Below are positions 59,559-64,000 of a stretch of DNA of 64,000 nucleotides, one piece after another. How positions within the stretch are numbered: the stretch's first letter is position 1; every line of letters begins with the position of its first letter. Source of the stretch: Acidimicrobiia bacterium. Lineage in GTDB: Bacteria > Actinomycetota > Acidimicrobiia > Spongiisociales > UBA5794. The position numbers were made by a program, and so were the translations under genes. The notes beneath the pieces are model-generated. The model was not told where the DNA came from. It was given only the letters and a program-made list of their open reading frames with translations, and searched no databases. The DNA lies in contig QJWC01000081.1 of NCBI GenBank assembly GCA_003235475.1, positions 9,343 to 73,342 of the forward strand. The letters run 5' to 3'.

Positions 59559-62271
59559 TCTCGCCCAGGGCGGCTTTGACGGCGTATGCGTCGATCGTGA
59601 CATCGCCGCGATTCCGATGGAACCGATCCCAGAGCGCAAGCATGCTCGGAAGCACGAGAACGGCTGCGCTCGTGGCGAGCAGGATGGTGTAAGCGATCAC
59701 GAATCCGAACTGCCTGAACGGGATTGTCGTCGAGATGATCAGGATCCCGAAGCCCGCGATCGTGGTGATCGCAGATCCCGCAAGCGCCCCGCCCGTGAAC
59801 GTGAGGGTTCGTTCCATCGCCTCGTCGCCGTCGGCACGCTCCGCCCTTTCTTCGAGGTATCGATGCGTGACATGGATCATGTACGGGATACCCACACCGA
59901 TTCCGATGGCCGAGATCGTGGCGGTGATCGGTCCGAATGGGATGCCGAACGCTGCCATGAGGCCAAACACCCAGAGAACGACCATGACGACAGGCAGCGT
60001 CGTGATGACGCCGAGCATCGGTCGACGCGACTCGAACCAGAAGTTGATCACGAGGAGCAGCAGGGCCGCTCCGAGCGTCAGGAGCAGGGACGAGACCTGC
60101 GAGTTGCGCAGCGTCCGAACGACGAGGTCGCCGATGATGAAGTTGGATGTGGCGATCGCTTCGAGTCCGGCGTCACGCGAAGGTTGGAAGGCCGCGTTGA
60201 GCCCCGTCGCGACGCGCTCGGCACCTGCCTCCCCTGCGGTCGTGTCGAATCCGAACAGCGCTGCGGAGTACGCGCCGTTCTCCTGTACGAGCACGCCTGC
60301 GAGGCGCTCCGGATGGTTCGCGACGGCAACGTCGTACATGGGCGAGACGTCGGCTCCGTCCGGAACCATCCGCTGCTGGTCGAAACCGACAGTGAGGGCC
60401 GTGTTGAACAGCTCCGGGTCGAACTGATCATTGTCCGGTGCAGGGTTCAACAGTTGGAACATCACTCCCATGAAGGTGTTGCCTGTCGGGAAGGTGAGGC
60501 CGTTCGGCGTCGTGATGGACTGAACCGTCTCGACGTCAGCAGCATCGAGGTAGGAGGCCAGCATGGCGTTCCACGCGGACCCCGCAGCAATGTCACCCTG
60601 AACCAGAACGCTCGTGGTTTCCGGGAAGTCGAATCGCTGGTCGAGCGTGACCGCAGTATCGCGGAGCGGTGAGGTGGTGGGAACGAAGTCGAGGAACGAG
60701 AACTTCGTCGAGAGCTTCGTCATGCCGAACGCCCCAACTCCGGTGAGTACGAGCGCCACGATCACCGTGGCAACCGCGAACTGGCGCGGAAGCACCGCGG
60801 TCCGACCGATGATCCTGGGCAGTATGCGCCCCTCGCCGCCCTCGAGGCCTTCTGTATCGAGCCTCCCCCGCCGCTCGGCGCGCCGATCGAGGAGCTGCCT
60901 CACCGCAGGGACGAACGTGAGCATCAGCAGGAACGAGAACGAAATGCCGACCGCAGCCAACTCTCCGAACTCGGCGAGCGCGGGAATCGCACTGGTGACG
61001 TTGGTGAGGAACCCGACCGCCGTCGTGAGCGTCGCGAGGACGAGCGCGATGCCGACGGTGCGGATGGCGACGCTGACCGAACGGTCGACTGATGAACCAG
61101 CCGAAAGTTCCTGGCGGTAGCGGGTCGACATGTGGATCGAGTAATCGACGCCGAGGCCGATGAGGAGGATCGGCAGGATCTGCGCCATCTGCGACTGGTC
61201 CTCGAAGCGCAGGTAGCCGTAGCCGCTCATCCACTGGATTGCCAACAAGATCGTGATGAACGTCAGGACGGTGTCTGAAGTCGTTCGACGCAGCTTCTTC
61301 GAGGTGAAGGTCCACATCAAGAAGGCGACGAGGTACAGGATCGCCGCGATCGAGAGCACTGACCCGAGGGTCGCGTCGGCCCAACTGCTCGGGAGGAGGT
61401 CCGGCAGCACGAGCGCCAACGCGGGCGCCACCACAATGGCGACGGCGGAGGCCATCATCGCGACACCACCGACGAAGAGGAGACGATCCTTCCTGTAGGA
61501 CGGCTTCACGAGGAAGACGGTCGCGAGGACCAAGAGAATGATCAGGCCGGCAGATGCGAACAGGCGGAGGATCTCTTCTTGGAAGTCATCACCGGAGGCG
61601 AAGATCAACTCCTGGCTGAACGGCTCGAGCGTGATGGTTCCGGGGACCTCCGCGAGGGCCACCGACTCCGCGACCGCCTTGGCCCGGTTTGCGAGCTCGT
61701 CGAAGTCGTCGCTCCCCTCGTAGGAGATCGCCGTGAGACCGAGCTCGGACGTTGCGGAGTTCGGGTCTCCATCGTCGGACAGCAGTCCGGTCACGAATGG
61801 GCGCGACTCCGGCGGAATCTGCTCGAGACCGGCCGTGTACAGCGCCTTCACTTCCGCGTCCGACGTCGGCATCGGCGCCCCACCCTGGATGGCGAACTGC
61901 ACAGGTGCGAGATACGACAGGATCGCGAACGACTGCGGGGTGTCCTTCACCAGGAACTCGCCGGCCGGGCCCGAACGGACCGACTGGTCGAGCGCATTGG
62001 CAGCCAGCAACCCGTCAAGCGTGATCACATCGCCCGTGGACGACGAAGTCATCACCTGCATCCTCGAAGCGGTACCACCGAACAGATCACCGATCCGCTC
62101 AGCCGCGGTCAACTCGGCGGCATCCGGTGCGAACGACTCGTTCTGGTCCTCTGATGGCACGAATTTGGAGCCAAGGTTTCCGAGCACCAACGACACCGCG
62201 ATGGTTACGGCGACGACGACCCACGGGAGCTTTCGCACGGCCGTGGCGAGTGAGTTCACAAGGGTTTTCAC
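59551..62271 (-). CDS. MMPL family RND-type transporter
   Basis: 906 aa. Two 6-TM bundles each followed by large extracytoplasmic loops, the typical MMPL architecture. Confidence 0.85.
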   Translation of the reverse strand: MKTLVNSLATAVRKLPWVVVAVTIAVSLVLGNLGSKFVPSEDQNESFAPDAAELTAAERIGDLFGGTASRMQVMTSSSTGDVITLDGLLAANALDQSVRSGPAGEFLVKDTPQSFAILSYLAPVQFAIQGGAPMPTSDAEVKALYTAGLEQIPPESRPFVTGLLSDDGDPNSATSELGLTAISYEGSDDFDELANRAKAVAESVALAEVPGTITLEPFSQELIFASGDDFQEEILRLFASAGLIILLVLATVFLVKPSYRKDRLLFVGGVAMMASAVAIVVAPALALVLPDLLPSSWADATLGSVLSIAAILYLVAFLMWTFTSKKLRRTTSDTVLTFITILLAIQWMSGYGYLRFEDQSQMAQILPILLIGLGVDYSIHMSTRYRQELSAGSSVDRSVSVAIRTVGIALVLATLTTAVGFLTNVTSAIPALAEFGELAAVGISFSFLLMLTFVPAVRQLLDRRAERRGRLDTEGLEGGEGRILPRIIGRTAVLPRQFAVATVIVALVLTGVGAFGMTKLSTKFSFLDFVPTTSPLRDTAVTLDQRFDFPETTSVLVQGDIAAGSAWNAMLASYLDAADVETVQSITTPNGLTFPTGNTFMGVMFQLLNPAPDNDQFDPELFNTALTVGFDQQRMVPDGADVSPMYDVAVANHPERLAGVLVQENGAYSAALFGFDTTAGEAGAERVATGLNAAFQPSRDAGLEAIATSNFIIGDLVVRTLRNSQVSSLLLTLGAALLLLVINFWFESRRPMLGVITTLPVVMVVLWVFGLMAAFGIPFGPITATISAIGIGVGIPYMIHVTHRYLEERAERADGDEAMERTLTFTGGALAGSAITTIAGFGILIISTTIPFRQFGFVIAYTILLATSAAVLVLPSMLALWDRFHRNRGDVTIDAYAVKAALGESD

Positions 62272-62390
62272 GATTCCTCCGGTTGATGGCTACCCGCGCA
62301 CGGCGTCCGGCAGCGAAGCATCGACGCCCGCCCCGCGAGTTCGGGCAAGCCTAAAGCGTGCACGTTCCGTGACTGTCGCTTTCGAGGGTC

Positions 62391-64000
62391 TCAGCGCGGC
62401 GGTGCAACCAGCTCGACGAGGTCCGCAATGACCTTCTCGATGGGAACGCCGCGAGCTTCCTTGTCCTCGCCACGCATGCGGACCCCAGCGGTCTTGTTCT
62501 CGACGTCGTTGTCGCCGACGACGAGGATCGCCGGGGTCTTCTGCGTGATCGCGTTGCGGAGCTTCTCACCGACGGTCTCGTCCGCCGTGTCGACCTCGAC
62601 CCTCACGCCAGCTTCGACAAGACGATCACCGATCGCCGTTGCATACTCGTTGTGGCGGTCCGCGACCGGAACGACCGTCGCCTGAACCGGCGACAGCCAT
62701 GCGGGGAATGCGCCAGCGTGATGCTCGACGAGGATCCCGATGAAGCGCTCGACCGATCCGAGCAACGCACGGTGCACCATCACGGGCCGCTTGCGCGTGT
62801 TCTCGTTGGTCGCGTACTCAAGCTCGAAGTTCTCCGGTTGGCCGAAGTCGACCTGGATCGTCGAAAGCTGCCAGCGACGGCCAAGGGCATCCTTGATGTG
62901 GATGTCGATCTTCGGCCCGTAGAACGCTCCCTCGCCGGGGGCGAGCTGGTACGAGAGATCTGCCGTCTCGAGCGCGGACGCGAGGTACGCCTCTGCTCGT
63001 TCCCACATGTCAGGATCGCCGACGTACTTCTCGGGTCGCGTCGAAAGATCAGCTTCGAACTCGTCGAATCCGAAGTCCCTGAGAACCATCAGGACGAAGT
63101 CGAGGAGACGTTGGAGTTCGTCGGCAAGGTCCTCCTCGGTGGTGAAGATGTGGCTGTCATCCTGCGTGAAGCCGCGCACGCGCATCAATCCGTGAAGCAC
63201 GCCTGACCGCTCGTACCGGTACACGGTGCCGAGCTCGAAGAGGCGCAACGGCAGTTCCCGATACGACCGGCTCCGCGCCTTGTAGATCAGGATGTGGAAC
63301 GGGCAGTTCATCGGTTTGACGAAGTAGTCCTGGCCCTTCCCGTGCGATCCCCGGTCGAGTTCCATGGCGGGGTACATGGCGTCCCTGTAGAAGTTGACGT
63401 GCCCGGACGTCTCCCAAAGATCTGCCTTTGCTAGATGAGGCGACATCACGTGCTCATAGCCGTGGGCTGCGTGGGTGCGGCGCGAGTAGTCCTCGACGGC
63501 GCGCCGGAGCGTCCCTCCCTTCGGATGCCACACCGCCAGTCCGGCGCCGAGTTCGGATGGGAACGAGTAGAGGTCGAGGTCCACCCCGAGGCGACGGTGG
63601 TCGCGCTTCGAGGCTTCCTCCAACATGTTGAGGTAGTCGTCGAGAGCCTTCTTCGACTCCCAGGCGGTCCCGTAGATCCGCTGAAGCTGGGGGTTGTCCT
63701 CGTTGCCACGCCAGTATGCCCCGGCCGCACGCATGAGCTGGAAGGCCTTCAGCCTTCCTGTCGACGGTAGGTGGGGGCCTCGGCAGAGGTCGAGGAACCC
63801 GTCGTTGCGATAGGTGCTGACGGTGTCTCCCGCCACGCCCTCATCGGCATCGACGCCTTTGATGATCTCGACCTTGAAGGGATGGTCTGCAAACGTCTCG
63901 AGCGCTTCGGCGATCGAGAGCTCACTGCGCTCGAACGGCTGATCTGCTGCGACGATCTCGGCCATCCGGTCCTCGATGGCGTTGAGGTCGTCTGGCGCGA
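62391..64000 (-). CDS. thrS: Threonine--tRNA ligase (C-terminal about 540 codons; N-terminus beyond window edge)
   Basis: ORF 62391..63965 begins at an internal Met. The in-frame upstream sequence (…DDLNAIEDRMAEIV…) continues open to position 64000, matching the ThrS N2 domain. Class II core and anticodon-binding domain are present. Confidence 0.9.
   Translation of the reverse strand, partial: APDDLNAIEDRMAEIVAADQPFERSELSIAEALETFADHPFKVEIIKGVDADEGVAGDTVSTYRNDGFLDLCRGPHLPSTGRLKAFQLMRAAGAYWRGNEDNPQLQRIYGTAWESKKALDDYLNMLEEASKRDHRRLGVDLDLYSFPSELGAGLAVWHPKGGTLRRAVEDYSRRTHAAHGYEHVMSPHLAKADLWETSGHVNFYRDAMYPAMELDRGSHGKGQDYFVKPMNCPFHILIYKARSRSYRELPLRLFELGTVYRYERSGVLHGLMRVRGFTQDDSHIFTTEEDLADELQRLLDFVLMVLRDFGFDEFEADLSTRPEKYVGDPDMWERAEAYLASALETADLSYQLAPGEGAFYGPKIDIHIKDALGRRWQLSTIQVDFGQPENFELEYATNENTRKRPVMVHRALLGSVERFIGILVEHHAGAFPAWLSPVQATVVPVADRHNEYATAIGDRLVEAGVRVEVDTADETVGEKLRNAITQKTPAILVVGDNDVENKTAGVRMRGEDKEARGVPIEKVIADLVELVAPPR

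Noticed and set aside
62272-62390. Checked the larger intergenic spacers (62272..62390, 57669..57793, 48452..48514, 43226..43276, 36854..36956) for tRNA or other small RNA genes.
   Set aside because: No tRNA-like T-arm/acceptor patterns (GTTCGAAT/TCC-CCA context) and no cloverleaf-sized units. The spacers are consistent with promoters.

Overview
This 64-kb window is a high-GC (roughly 68-70%), very gene-dense actinobacterial-type chromosomal segment. I can support about 69 protein-coding genes, roughly 90% of them on the minus strand. Almost all are conserved housekeeping loci in an order that follows actinobacterial (Mycobacterium-like) synteny but is unusually compacted. From left to right:

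- an osmoprotectant ABC transporter (two permeases plus a lipoprotein binding protein; the ATPase lies off-window), tyrS, a DUF4328 membrane protein, mpg, a PNPOx-like protein and an aldo/keto reductase;
- pheST, a TrmH-family methyltransferase, rplT-rpmI-infC, and the ribH-ribBA-ribE-ribD operon preceded by a clear FMN riboswitch;
- an orphan REC-GGDEF regulator, rpe, PPK2 (plus strand), fmt, def, priA, coaBC, rpoZ, gmk, mihF, pyrF-pyrD-pyrC, nusB, efp, aroB-aroK-aroC, a prepilin peptidase, aroE, mltG, ruvX, alaS;
- a c-type cytochrome lipoprotein with a divergent 12-TM membrane protein, then rarA, aspS, hisS, an MBL hydrolase, rel, secF-secD-yajC, tgt-queA, ruvB-ruvA-ruvC, yebC, pdxT-pdxS;
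- a PIM-lipid operon (pimA-like GT4, acyltransferase, pgsA1), gltA (plus strand), a hypothetical membrane-anchored protein, an MMPL transporter, and thrS truncated at the right edge.

I found no rRNA, tRNA, CRISPR array, transposase or integrase. I do not see a wholly novel multi-gene system. The accessory-looking or unusual items are the plus-strand islands and a few sequence-level anomalies:

- the FMN riboswitch, which appears to control translation by sequestering the ribD SD;
- a candidate leaderless leader-peptide attenuator upstream of pheST;
- an ATC start codon for infC;
- a TyrS whose HIGH and KMSKS class-I signatures read TLGW and KMSQS;
- a REC-GGDEF protein with a GGDDY motif inserted between rpe and the rib operon;
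- a mono-heme cytochrome c with a His-bearing 12-TM partner.

Many long antisense ORFs in the six-frame track are GC-content artefacts and were rejected.
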